Positions 1 through 11,985 of a DNA stretch of 64,000 bases are shown here, one piece after another. The position numbers and the translations under genes are program-made. This DNA is from Negaprion brevirostris. Its lineage: Eukaryota. The notes under the pieces were generated by a model that saw only the letters and a program-made list of their open reading frames with translations, did not search any database and was not told the DNA's origin. The stretch is taken from positions 24,296,202 through 24,360,201 of the forward strand of contig JARDVH010000137.1 of assembly GCA_030324005.1 (NCBI GenBank), in the 5' to 3' direction. Positions within the stretch are counted from its first letter, which is position 1. Each line of letters opens with the position of its first letter.

Positions 1-735
1 GACCACTGAATTAAGACTAACTGGCCTACAATTACCAGGGTCATTCCTATTTCCTTTCTTGAAAAGAGAAACAACATTTCCACTCTCTAGTCCTCTGGCA
101 CTATCCCTGTGGACAGTGAGGACCCAAAGATCAAAGCTAAAGGCTCCACAATCTCATCCCTTGCCCCCCAAAGTATCCTAGGATGTATCCCATTTGGTCC
201 AGGGAACTTATCCACCCTCAGGTTTTTCAAAATTGCTGATACATCTTCCCTCATCTACCTCTTCCATCCTATCAGCCTGTATCATGCACTCGTCCTCAAA
301 AACAAGGCCCCTCTCCTTAGTGAATACTGAAGAAAAACATTCATTCAACATCTCACCTATCTCTTTTGACTCCATGCACAAGTTCCCACCACTGGCCCTA
401 ACTTCACCCTGGTCATTCTTTTATTTCTCACATCAGAGTAAAACACCTTGGGATTTTCTTATATCCTACCTGCCAAGGACTTCTCATGACCCCTCCCTGC
501 TCTCCTAAGCCCTTTCTTTAACTCATTCCTAGCTACCTTATAACACTCAAGCGACCCAACTGAACCTTGTTTTTTCATCCTTACATACGCCTCCCTTTTC
601 CTCTTGACAAGACATTCAACCTCCTTTGTGAACCATCGTTCCCTCACTCGGCCATTTCCTCCCTGCCTGCCAGGGACATACCTATCAAGGACACACAGTA
701 CTTGTTCCTTGAAAAAGCTCCGCTTTTCATTTGTG
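1..735 (-). mobile_element. CR1-type LINE ORF2 fragment
   Basis: Minus strand gives ...PGNCRPVSLNSVV and ELKKGLRRAGRGHEKSLAGRI; homologous to the copies at 55060-55230 and 60516-61520. Confidence 0.85.
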
Positions 736-747
736 TAAACTTTTTGT

Positions 748-950
748 TTGACATTAGTGAACCAGACGGGTTTTTCCTGACAATCAGCAATGTTTCATGG
801 TCATCAGTAAATTTTAATTCTAGATATTTTTTATTGAATTCAAGTTCCACTATTTGCTGTGGGGGGGATTCGAATACTGGTCCCTAGAATATTAGCTGCG
901 TTTCTGGATGAATAGTTCAAGCAATAACACCACTAGGCCATCGCCTCCCT
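748..950 (-). mobile_element. tRNA-derived SINE, family C (5' part)
   Basis: B-box-like ttcgaat; shares gacattagtgaaccaga...caagttccac with 10415-10782 and 50098-50450. Confidence 0.75.
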
Positions 951-999
951 TAAATTTTCATTGCCAGTATTTTAGTGAAAAGCCCATTTTCTCATAAGC

Positions 1000-3650
1000 T
1001 TCTCAGAAAGAGTTGACACTGAGCTGGAGCTCTGTTTCTGAGTGAGCACGCTTACGCTGGAGATGGAGTTGGCCATTAAGACCCAGCGGAAACATTTGTG
1101 AGGACAGAGCCTGACGCGTAAGGCACTTAGTCTGAATAAGAGCAGAGCGTGGGAGAGCATCATTCGGAGGATCAATCCTGAATAAAAGCTCATCGGGCTG
1201 TGGACACGGTAAGGACCTGCAGTTTACTTATTTCTATGGCAAGAATAAGTGGTGATAATCTGGACAGAATGTTTAAATGTGGGATATATTGAAGATGATT
1301 GTATATCATCTAATTTTAGCGTTTTATCTGAAAAAAACTGAATATGGACAAATTTGTACATTTGTGTTCGAGTGCAAGGGGTTCACACTTTAACAATATT
1401 CCATTTGAATGAATTTGCTGGGGGCAGCCCTGCGTCCCATTCCTGGGGCAGATGAAATACCATTCACCAGACAAGATACCTGCCTGCTCCAGAAATCGCA
1501 TTCAGCCACGTGTGAGGTTAAACGTGAAACTGGGAAATGGAACTGCTGGCTGTAATTTGGCCACTTACCGGCAAACGTGGAGCTTTGAGTTCGAAAGTAG
1601 CGGGCCATCCTGAAGGGATGTTGGCGGTGATGGTGATGATAATGGGCCACAGCCGAAAGAAGAAACTCAACACAAACGTGTGCGCCAACAGCAAATGGCG
1701 ATGAGCTGGAGACAGAGGTCAACGGAAAATCTCGCCGCTGCTTACAACTACCCTCCTGTCCCAAAGTTGGCAAAACTCTTATGGATTTATCCAGTGGTCC
1801 AGTGGGGGGGGGGGGGGGTGTGTGGAACACGACGGTTGGTGAAAGACCCATTAACGTTGGACCGAGGCAGTGAGGAGGAAGCTGCCTGAAGCGTTCACTA
1901 GATTTCATCATGCCCATCCAGGCGTGTTCCTCCGGGGTGAATGAATTGTAAAAGCGTGTCTCGGCAAACTTTGAAAGTATCTATCCGGGCGGAAGCGAAA
2001 TCTTTTCAATGATATGGAGTGCCCCGGAAAAAAAATTACAAGAAGTAAAACTACTCCTGCTTATAATAAATACCTGTGCCCTGGAGAGCTTCAGGGAAGG
2101 GTTTGTAGAGATTCGGTTGAAAACCGGCTTGAGTTCCATTTAAAACAACTCGACCATTGTATTAAACTCCTGGCCTGTAGTTCCTCCCAGGCATCCATTA
2201 TCCTGTCCCCCAGTCAGGCCAAATAGAAACCCATTGCAAACATATTGTGTAGAGACGACGATGCTATTTGTAGCCGGGAAAAAAGGGGTTAATTTCATAT
2301 CGAATCCCCTGTATTCTCCCGGTAGAAATGAAACATCTTGCAAAAAAAGGGTTAAACCCTGGCCTTATCTGCTTAGTGGATTTAAAAAGAAAGGCTCAAT
2401 AATCAACTGGTTTCCTACAAATTGCTCAGGGGGAATGCGAGTGTGAGATGCAGCGTGTGTGTAAGACCACCCATTTATGGGTTTAATTTTGTTTTATTTG
2501 ATGTGAAAGCTCTCGGATTCGATTTCTCCGCTGATTAATGAACACTGCAGCTCCGCGGTGGGAGTGTGCGACCAACATTTGCAGGGCAAATAAAGAACCC
2601 CAGGGGCCATTTCCCAGCCTTTGTCATTGTGCATCACTCGCCCCGGGGGTCTCCCCACCCCCAAACTTTACATCCCTTTTGCTCGGATTGCCACTTACTG
2701 TCTCACCAGGATGGCTCACGAGTGTAAAGCCCTTCAGCGGCTCACTCTCAAGTCACGTCTCTCACGTCCTCCTGCAGTGGCGGTGATGTTTTTGTTCCCA
2801 CCTACTTCCTCCTTGCCCTCTCTTGATACCTAAAATGCCAGGGACACTGGACCGCATTTCACCAAACTCCACTTTCAAGACTGTGTGTAGGGAAGGCGAA
2901 ATAATTTTTTAAAACCACCCAGCTAAATTTTATTAATTCGACTGCACATTGTTGCAGCCACCCGGCCCATCGCAGACATACCTGGGCACAAGTGGGGAAT
3001 GGGGGAGGGGGAATGGTTTCAGAGGCATTTAAATGGACAAGGATTGGGGTGCTGCTGTGAGTGCCCGGTCCAAAGCTTCTCGATTTTAAAAAAAGGTGGA
3101 AATGAGCATCCCAGTGGCGACTCGCTGCCAAAACATACACCGACCTAGCGATAATCTGACTAGACTGGGTATTCATGCCGAAGAACTGTTTTAACATGCG
3201 AACAATAGGACTTTCAGATTTTAAGTTAGGCCAGTTGTAACACGATCAATTCTAAATGAGGAGAGGATTTATCGCAGTCAGGCCACATGTGTATCACGGG
3301 TCCCGATTGGCTGAAGGGTGATTCTCAACGTAAAACCAAGACAAATCTTTGTGGGTCGGCTGTGTAAACAGTCTCTTCCATTCAGCTGTGGATTTGCCTT
3401 GATCAACCGGCAATAATGGAGTACGTGTGCATTGTCTTGCCAGCAGTTGTAGGATGGTTCGGCTAACTTACATGCTTGACCTTGGTCTTGTCTTTCTATC
3501 TTCAGACCTGTTTTGTAAGCCGATACAAGGGGGATAACGCAGGACAGATTGTGTGCAGTTGAACAATGTTGGCGCACAATTTCCACTTCGGACACAAAGG
3601 GGGGGGGGGGGGGGGGGGGGGGTGAAGTGGGTGCAAATTGCATTTGAAAC
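1000..3650 (+). promoter_or_regulatory. Candidate SLC16A3 promoter / first-exon region, CpG-retaining, with RCGTG cluster
   Basis: Visibly more CpG than the flanks and no recognisable retroelements. RCGTG at 1047(-), 1147, 1507 (CACGTG), 1522, 1575, 1676, 1922, 1954, 2453, 2754(-), 2763(-), 3423. Donor-like ACG|gtaagg at 1208/1209. The ATG exon starts at a splice acceptor, so an upstream exon is required. Confidence 0.55.
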
Positions 3651-3933
3651 TGCACTGATCAGGTTATAGTTAAAACCTAAGAGTTTTTGCTGAAATTCGC
3701 TTGGATAATCATAAGCCTAAAATCTACTATGTACTAGTAATTGGCCTGCACAATAGAATACATTTTTATTTCTTGCTGAATTAAAAGTAAATCCTTGATG
3801 TATTTCAGGGTGCTAAATTGGTGCAGTTTATGAATACAGTAGGAAATGAGCTTATCATAAATAATGTGTCGATTCTCTTAGCTGTGATTAACCTGATTCA
3901 ACTGTAAATAAGCTAAACACTGAACTATTTAAC

Positions 3934-4875
3934 AAAGAGAACAAAGAACAATACAACACAGGAACAGGCGGTTTGGCCCACCAGCCTGCACTGACTGATA
4001 CGTGGGTTCTAACCCTCTGTTCGCCTCCCGTTCATGTGTCTATCAAGACTCACCTTGAATGTTGCTCATATGCCTGTTTCCACCACCTCCACTGGCAGTG
4101 CATTCCAGGCATCCACCACCATCTGAGTGAAATACTTTCCCCGCACATCTCCCCTAAACTTACCAGCTCTTAACTTAAATCTGCTCCCTCTTGTAGTTGA
4201 TCTTTCCATCATGGGAAGAAGCTCTGGCTATCCACCCTTTCAATAATAAAAAAATTCTCTTAATTTTGTAGACCTTACCAGGTTGCCCCTCAGCCACAGT
4301 CTTTCCAGGGAAAACAGTCCAAGTTTACAGAAGCCCTACAGTACAGAAGGACGCTATTCAACCCATCGAGTCTGTACTGACCGCAATCCCACCCAGGTTC
4401 TATTCCCGTAACTCCCCACATTTACCCTGCTAATCCTCTGATACTGGGGTCAATTTAGCATTGTCAATCAACCTAACCCACACAACTTTGGACTGTGGGG
4501 AGGAAACTGGAGCACCCAAAGGAAACATATGCAGATATGGGGAAAAAGTACAAACTCCACACAGACAGTGACCTGAGGCCAGAATTGAACCTGCGTCCCT
4601 GGCGCTGTGAAGTAGCAGTGTTAACCATTGCGCCACCATGCCACCTCTCCTCATACCTAAAACCCTCCATACCAGGCAACTCCCTGGTAAACCTTATTGC
4701 ACCCTCTCCAAAGCATCCAACTAGTAGTGTGGCGGGCAGAACTGCACGCAATATTCCAAATGTGGCCTTACTAAAGTTTTCTACAGCTGTAACAAAGCTT
4801 GCTGACTTCTATACTCAATGCCTTGGCCGATGAAGGCAGAGTGCTGTAGGCTTTCTTGACCACTCAATCTACCTG
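3934..4875 (-). mobile_element. CR1-type LINE 3' end, interrupted by a SINE at 4327-4645
   Basis: Tail aaagaacaaagaacaatacaacacaggaacagg; LINE sequence resumes after the SINE (ctcctcatacctaaaaccctccataccaggcaac). Confidence 0.75.
4327..4645 (-). mobile_element. HE1-like tRNA SINE, family A
   Basis: Reverse complement starts ggtggcatggtggcgcaatggttaacactgct, has B-box ggttcaattc and ends with a ctgtactgtagggcttct tail. Confidence 0.85.
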
Positions 4876-5374
4876 TAAATTGGTGCACACTTTTCAGTTT
4901 CTTGGGAAATTAACTTATTTAAGATGTAAGAAAAATTAAAATGTGCCTAATGATACCTTTGCACCCATGAAAACAAGCTCAACTTGAAGATGCTCCTTAG
5001 GCTGGAAACTTGCTATTCTCAACGTTCCATTGTGGGAACGTGGTGAGTTTTATGGACAGGGTTGACTTTGGGCATAATGATTCTTAAACCAGTGTTAAAG
5101 ATCTCAAAAACTGGATTCACCCCGAATGTCAATGACACATGATCTTCCCTGACCTTTTGCACTGTTTCAGCCACCTTAATCTGTATTTTGCTGTAAAAAA
5201 AATCAACGGAAATTCTACCCCGAGAAGACATCAAAACAGAAACAGGTTTAATAAACAAGTAGTTTACTAATGCCAGCTCAACCCAGCGATATTTCACTGT
5301 CTAGGATTACCAAAGTTTGTTCTACTTTGTTTCCTGATCTTGTCATTTTCCATTATCACTAATAAAGAAAATAT

Positions 5375-5712
5375 TGGCATTTATGTGGCACCTCTCCTGA
5401 CCTCAGAGCATCCCAAAGCACTTTATAGACCATAAAGTACTTTTAAATATAGTTACAGTTATAAAACACACAAACCAATTTCAACACATTCTTGTTCCAC
5501 CAATCTTAATTAATTAAATGACCAGATCAATTGTTTTTAGGCATTGGTTGAGATGTATATAGAAAAATCCCAAATTCTTATTGAAATAGTATTGTTAAGA
5601 TTATCACCTATTTGAGAGGACAGAATGGGTCTCAGTTTAATGTTTCATCTGAAAAACCACATCTTTAAGTAAGCATAGGAATCCCTCAGTACAGCAAAGT
5701 ATAAGCCTAGAC
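5375..5712 (-). mobile_element. Old DeuSINE-like element (SacSINE1/AmnSINE type)
   Basis: Decayed motifs catcccaaagcacttta, ttggttgag, gtttaatgtttcatctgaaa and ccctcagtac match the Deu-domain SINE consensus as I recall it; L2-like tail. Confidence 0.55.
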
Positions 5713-5785
5713 CTGACAAAGTGTTCCGAAACCTTGTGGTTTCAAATAAATCTGTTGGACTATAACCTGGTGTCATGTGAGCTCT
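5711..5785 (+). mobile_element. PLE terminal-repeat remnant
   Basis: cctgac..ccgaaac..caaataaatctgttggactataacctggtgt is homologous to 57514-57586 and 62451-62527. Confidence 0.6.
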
Positions 5786-5794
5786 CATCTTGTC

Positions 5795-6015
5795 TCTATA
5801 TCTGTAACCTCCCTCAACCCCAGAACCCTCCAAGATATCCACCCTCGAATTCCTTTTCCCTCAACTTTTCAGTTCTTCTTTAAGACACTCCTTAACCCTA
5901 CCCTTTTGACCAGACCTTTGGTGATCTATCCTCACATCCCTTACGTGGATTGACACTGCCCCTGTGTTGGGGTGTTTTATTATGTTAAAGGTGATACATA
6001 AATCCAAGTAATTGA
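5795..6015 (+). mobile_element. L2-type LINE 3' end
   Basis: tatctgtaacctcc...tttaagacactcctt...tttgacca...gttaaaggtgatacataaat; similar to 35690-36115 and 55960-56310. Confidence 0.55.
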
Positions 6016-6439
6016 TATTTAAGGTTCTCTGCCCTCTATCTGACTCTTGTTGGGACTGCAAGTGGCTATTTTCCTTAGTCACTGAACAATATATTTCCTT
6101 TATGCTTACAATAAGGCGAAGTTAAGTGTTATTAAATACTCTAAGTATTGATGGCATGTGTGATTGATCCTTCCAGTATCCAGCAGTTTAAAAATGTTTG
6201 TGAAATATGTTTAAGGGTCAATATATATTGGCTTTTCCATTATGTACTATTACATTTTTTAAGATAGTAGAACCTATGCTGCCTTTGATTTACCACAATG
6301 AGTATTAAAAAGAGAAAAATCAACCTAGGTTCATTCCTGATCACTGTTTAAAGACTTATACTAAAAGTGTATATATAGGTGGTGAAGTCAAAATTGGGTT
6401 CAGCTTACTTTGAACCTGCATTATTAGGCAACACATTAA

Positions 6440-6705
6440 AGTTAAAATTTATTTATTAGTCACAAGTAAAGCTTACATTAACACTGCAGTGAAGTTACTG
6501 TGCATCACATTCCGGTACCTGTTCAGGTCATTGCACCTAACTAGCATGTTTTTCAGACTGTGGGAAGAAACCTGAATACCCAGTGGAAACCCATACCCAT
6601 ACAGACACGGGCTAGGACGTGCAATCTCCACACAGACTGTGACCCAAGCCAGGAATCGAACCCCAGTCCTTGATGCTGTGAGGCAGCAGTGCTGACCACT
6701 GTGCA
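6440..6705 (-). mobile_element. tRNA SINE, family B (alternative tail)
   Basis: Same head as family A, but tail gtaacttcactgcagtgttaatgtaagc...tgactaataaataaa. Confidence 0.85.
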
Positions 6706-9078
6706 TTTTAGAACAAAGCTTTTCTTAAAGTAAACTTTGCTTTAAAAATATCCTGTGAGCAGAAACTTAGAGCAATTGAATTAATATAATTTGATTTAAT
6801 CACAAAAATAAGCATTCTAAACAGCTTGTCTAGTCCACAGTCTCTGAGTAATCCAACTCTGAATAATGCAAGATGACTTCTAAAAATATATAGAAACCAT
6901 TTGCTAGTCATATTGCTGTGCAGTAATCAGTTGAACAGTAAAGTAAAAATAAAATCTTGTCCAAATATTTTGAAAACGTCTGTTATTGTTCTTGTGCCTA
7001 AAAAGAAATCTTAATTTTAGAGCTTCCTTAAAGGCCCTTGAATTAACAGAATTAGCGAAAACTTGCAACAATGATCAATTTGATCAGGAAACATAGCCAG
7101 CTTTGTGGTTGGAACATCTTTTGCGATTCCATTTAGTTCAATAGATCATAGAACCTCAATTTGTGTGAAAATTCCACAATCTTTTGGTCTGCTTTTGCTG
7201 ATTTCAGGTGAGTTGCACCCAACAGGTCAGCACAACTGAGTGAAAGCTCCAAGCCTCAATGTTGAAATGCTTGTTGAATTGCGTAAGGTTTCTTCCAGCT
7301 CCAGCCCTATTTTCTTCATGGTGTCACTTTTCATTATGTGTACTGATTGTTAGCTCATTCCATGTTAACATATGATGAAATCAATGTTGAAATGCTGATC
7401 TTGTGGTCAGGCATTTCCAAGAGGGAGCAACATTCAGGCACAGCACTGGTTGGGGAATTGCCTCGGTTTTCTAACTAGTTAAATGACTAGATAGAAAATC
7501 AGGAGCTGTGGATCCATGTTTAACCAATCAGAACTGTGAATAAGCCTTGCCACTCACATCCAAGTACTTGATTGGAGAAGGAACTGAATAACATAATCTT
7601 CATATTTTATAGTTGGAAATAGTACAGACTATGTTACTCTGCTTTCCATAGCACTGATACATTAAGTGACTTGAGATAATGTCATAAACCATAAGAGCTA
7701 AAACTGAAGTGCTGTCGCAGCATTACTACCAGAAAATAGCACAGGCTGAGTATTTCTTTATAACAGCTACAGGATTCTCCCATTTAAAGTTAATTTGTTG
7801 GAAGCTATTCATTCTTAGATTTGAAAATTAGATCACTAACTTCCACACCTTTTGTCCAAGTGATTTTCAATAGTTTCCCTGAATGATTTTCACTCGACTT
7901 GACTAACTTTGATTTATTTCACTAAGGAAATAAAAATCTCATTTTACAAGCCACATGCTTGGATGAAGATGATGTTCAAAAGAACAATATTATAATTGTT
8001 ACAGCAAATTCTTGTAAAAGTGGAGATACCGTAGCAGTACCATTGAGGGTGTGGACTATTGCCAAAAGCATGAAGGGCCTTCAGTTACTTAAAACAAATA
8101 GAAAATTCAGAGGAGAATAAAGCTTTAAACCCTACTGGGGAGAATATTGTCCTCTTGACTATTGGAATGTGATCATTTTAATATGTCTACAGGCTCTGAG
8201 CAGGCCTTTTATCCATTACCAATTAGATAAAAAAAACTCAGAATTCAAAATCCCCCAGTCAAATTCAGCATATGATTGAAGCATTTGGGTTTTTCATCTT
8301 GCTGTACTTAATGCAATCACTTTGTGGTCAGCTGCTAATGTAACACACCCAACATGTGGCATGTCTTCCTGTATACGCACAGGACATGGGGTGATCTTGC
8401 TGCATGTTATGATATGGTGCAAAATGTTACATCAGTACAGTGACTAATAATTCAGCTTTTAGCTTCCATATTGTACAAAAGCATGGGTGCAGTGAAATTG
8501 AGAAATATCAGCACTTCAGATACTTTTAGGTATGCTTATATTTCTTTCTTAATTCTATTTTGTTTATGAGGATCTGTCTTAATAATGGCGCAGCAATACC
8601 ACGCTTGGTTAATGAGATGTGCAATGTTGATTTGTATCAGGTTAAGTGTGAGCTTAAACCAATCCATAGACAAATTAAACTGTACCATGTAAAATGTATT
8701 CATTAAAATGTCATCAGCTGCTCAAAGACCGGTGCACTCACACATTCTTTGTTAGAACCTGTATCTTATTAGAATCTGAGTTGAAGTTGCAATAATCCTA
8801 CAAAGGTTGCATTATCTAAACTGACATTATCCATACTTTTGATATGAACCTTCATGCTGCTCACAAATATTTTAAATTTTGATTACCCTCTATCTAATCC
8901 AACACTTAGTGCGTGAATAAGATGAAGACCATAAAAGTACTACACAAGGACTGCATTAAGTAAAGTCAGTGCTGTCTCGCACAAGTTCCTGTGTTTGCTG
9001 TCTGTGTTGGCTCCCAGTCTGGCAATGTCTTAAATTTAAAATTCTCATCTTCATGTTCAATTCTCCCCAGGATCACAT

Positions 9079-9359
9079 GGGCGGCATGGTGGCACAGTGG
9101 TTTGGATTGCTGCCTCACAGTGCTTGGGACCTGGGTTCGATTCCTAGCTTGGGTCACAGTCTGTGTGGAGATTACACATTTTCTCCACGTCTGCATGGGT
9201 TTCCTCTGGGTGCTCCAGTTTTCTTCCATGGTCTGTAGGACATGCTATTTAGTGCACTAACCTGAACAAGTGCCGGAATGTGGCAAGTAGGGGAATTTCA
9301 CACTAACTTCATTGCAGTGTTAATGTAAGCCTTACTTATGACTAATAAGTATACTTTAC
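9079..9359 (+). mobile_element. tRNA SINE, family B
   Basis: gggcggcatggtggcacagtgg...gggttcgattcc...aacttcattgcagtgttaatgtaagcc. Confidence 0.85.
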
Positions 9360-9360
9360 T

Positions 9361-10410
9361 TCCTCCGGTTTCCCTAGTCTGAGGTCTCTATGCACCTCTA
9401 TTTTTATCAATGCACCATTGGCAAAGGAAAATATTGGAGGAAGGTGGACAAGGAGAGAAGAAAATTAGAGTCAAGATAAGAAGAAATAAGTCCTGTAGGG
9501 CTGGAAGAGGTTATAACGATGGCCTGCGGCCTACCAGGGTGGTGCTGTTTATGGAGCTTGGAAGGGAGGTAGAAGTGAGCTGGATATGATTGAGGACTGT
9601 TAAGTGACACTTTAGGAAAAAATGGCTTGATGTTTGGTGGTGGGATTGTGGTTAAGGGAAGTAGAAAGAGGTGCCAGAGAGCAGCATTCAGTCTTCACAA
9701 AGTAGAAAGCTAATGGTTAACAGATTTAATGACAATATCAAGGTTGTTCCTGAGAGAACAGTTCACAGCAAATTCAGAGATGGATTAAAGTGTTAAGGAC
9801 AAAGTAGTGAAATTGAGAAGGCCAATTCATTCTGGCAATATGGTCGGCATGGTGGCACATTGGTTAGCAGTGCTGCCTCAGAACGCCAGGGACCCAGATT
9901 CAGTTCTGGGCTTGGGTCACTGTGTGGAGTTTGCACATTCTCCAGGTGCTCTAGTTTCCTCCTGTGGTCCAAAAATGTGTGCGTTAGGTTGATTGGCCAT
10001 GCTAATTTAACCCTAGTATTAGGGGGATTAGTTGGGTAAATATTAGGGGTTACGTGAATTGGGCCTGGATGGGATTTTGGTCAGTGCAGACTCAATGGGC
10101 TGAATGGCCTCCTTCTGCACTGTAGGAATTTTATTCTATGATTCCAATGAAAAGATCAAGAGACAGTGAGAGGCTAAACAGAGGAATGAAGTGGAATGAG
10201 AATTCAAAAGATGGGAGAAAGGAAGAAGCCTCATGGCCACAGAAGTGGACNNNNNNNNNNNNNNNNNNNNNNNNNNNNNNNNNNNNNNNNNNNNNNNNNN
10301 NNNNNGAATGTGAGGGGATGAAGCTGAGGCCTTTGTAATGGCCGAATCATTTGGATTAGAGAGCAGAATACCATAGGTTATAGTGAAAGCATTAGAATTT
10401 GGCAATGTTT
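9361..10410 (-). mobile_element. Penelope-like element ORF fragment (N-terminal/RT region), split by a SINE
   Basis: Minus translation AHFYLPSKLHKQHHPGRP..SSSPTGLISSYLDS resembles the PLE RT motif FYLLPKIHK..GRPIVS..PTELIS.YLD. KGLSFIP (aaaggcctcagcttcatcccc) lies near 10313-10334. Confidence 0.7.
9842..10143 (+). mobile_element. HE1-like tRNA SINE, family A
   Basis: ggcatggtggcacattggttagcagtgctgcctca head; tail gggctgaatggcctccttctgcactgtagg...ttctatgatt. Confidence 0.85.
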
Positions 10411-10414
10411 TTCT

Positions 10415-10782
10415 CTATTCATTCATGGGACATGGGCATCGCTGGCTGGCCAACATTTATTGCCCAACTCAGTTGCCCTTGAACTGAGTGGCTTTCTAGG
10501 CCATTTTAGAGGACAGTTGAAAGTCAACCACATTGCTGTGACTCTGGAGTCACATGTAGACCAGGCCAGGTAAGTACAGATTTCCTTCCCTAAAAGAACA
10601 TTAGTGAACCAGATGGGTTTTTATGATAATCGACAATGGTCATCAGTAGATTCTTAATTCCAGATATTCTTATTGAATTTAAAGCCTACCATCTGCTGTG
10701 GCAGGATTCAAACCTGGATCCCAAGAACATTAGCTGAGTTTCTGGATTAATAGTCTGGCAATAATATCATTAATACTACCCC
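10415..10782 (-). mobile_element. tRNA SINE, family C
   Basis: Near full-length; homologous to 11660-11985 (+) and 50098-50450 (-). Confidence 0.8.
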
Positions 10783-11659
10783 TGTTGGAAGGAGGGATGG
10801 GGTCAGAAGAAGGTCTGTGCACTGCCTTGGGATGCTATATTACATAAAAGGTGTTACATAAATACAACGTTATTGAAGAAGAAATAGGATCAACGGGGGA
10901 GTTGCTGCGCAAGAATTCTACATGCCCCCCCCCCATAAAGGAGAATCTAGCCTTATGCTCGTGGCAAATCAGAATACATCATAGTTATTCATTAGGTGTA
11001 GTCAAATAGTGACTGTTGTCTTGATGATGTTCAGTGAAGAATAATATCGCACAAACCTTAATCCTCTTATCAATGAATATTTCTATGTAAAATATATTCA
11101 AAAAAAGTGAAGTGCTTGTTAAGTGGTAGTGGAAAATATAAAAATGGTCGCTTGAGTTATGTGTTTGTAACATAGCAATCATCAGGTAGTCTGTTTTCTG
11201 ACTGGGTTATATCATCAGTGAGGCTCATTTTTCTATACTTGTAGCAATGTATAAAATCCCAAATGGTTTTTCATGCATGTTAAGATGACACAGGGTGCCT
11301 TGATTTGTATACAATGGACATACAAATCCCTTTACTCTGCTACAATTCCTAGCTTCTCATCACTGAGAAACTATTCTGATTCATTTTTCTGAAATCCAAG
11401 GTGGATGAACTCGAGCTGGAATTCTCTGCCCTCATTGTTGTGAACAGAGATTTGGACAAGTGCCAAATTCTCCATTCATGTTGGCAGCAGGGCTCGCAGG
11501 ACTGATAAATTCCGGCCATCATCTTCCATAACTTAACATATTCTGTCTCTTCATTTGTCATCCTTTCCTAATATCCACGCAAATATTAAAAAACAAAATG
11601 AAGGAGTTATTTAATACAAATTGAATATGACTAACTTAGGATGGTTCAGTAATCTGTGG

Positions 11660-11985
11660 GACATGGTGGAGTAATGATAATGTCACTGGACTTGTAATCT
11701 AGAGACCTGGTCTATGGATTCAAATACATGTATAAAAAGTGTATAAAGTCATAAAGACTATCATTAATTGTTGTAAAATTCCATCTGGTTCATTAATGCT
11801 CTTTAGGGAAGGAAATCCGTCATCCTTGCTTGGCCTACTTGTGACTCTGAACCCAAAACAATGTGATTGTTGGCTTTTAACTGTCTTCCAAAATGACTCA
11901 GAAAGCCCACTCATTTAAGGATAGTTCAGAATGGGCAACTGATGCTGACCTTGCTAGCAATGTCCACATCTCATGAAAGGATAAG
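11660..11985 (+). mobile_element. tRNA SINE, family C
   Basis: ggtggagtaatgataatgtcactggac...ccatctggttcattaatgctctttagggaagg...atgggcaac...tccacatctcatgaa. Confidence 0.75.

Noticed and set aside
1390-1917. 175-aa minus-strand ORF with poly-Pro and poly-His
   Set aside because: These arise from a G homopolymer and tgg/tga triplets in a GC-richer region; no domain is recognisable.
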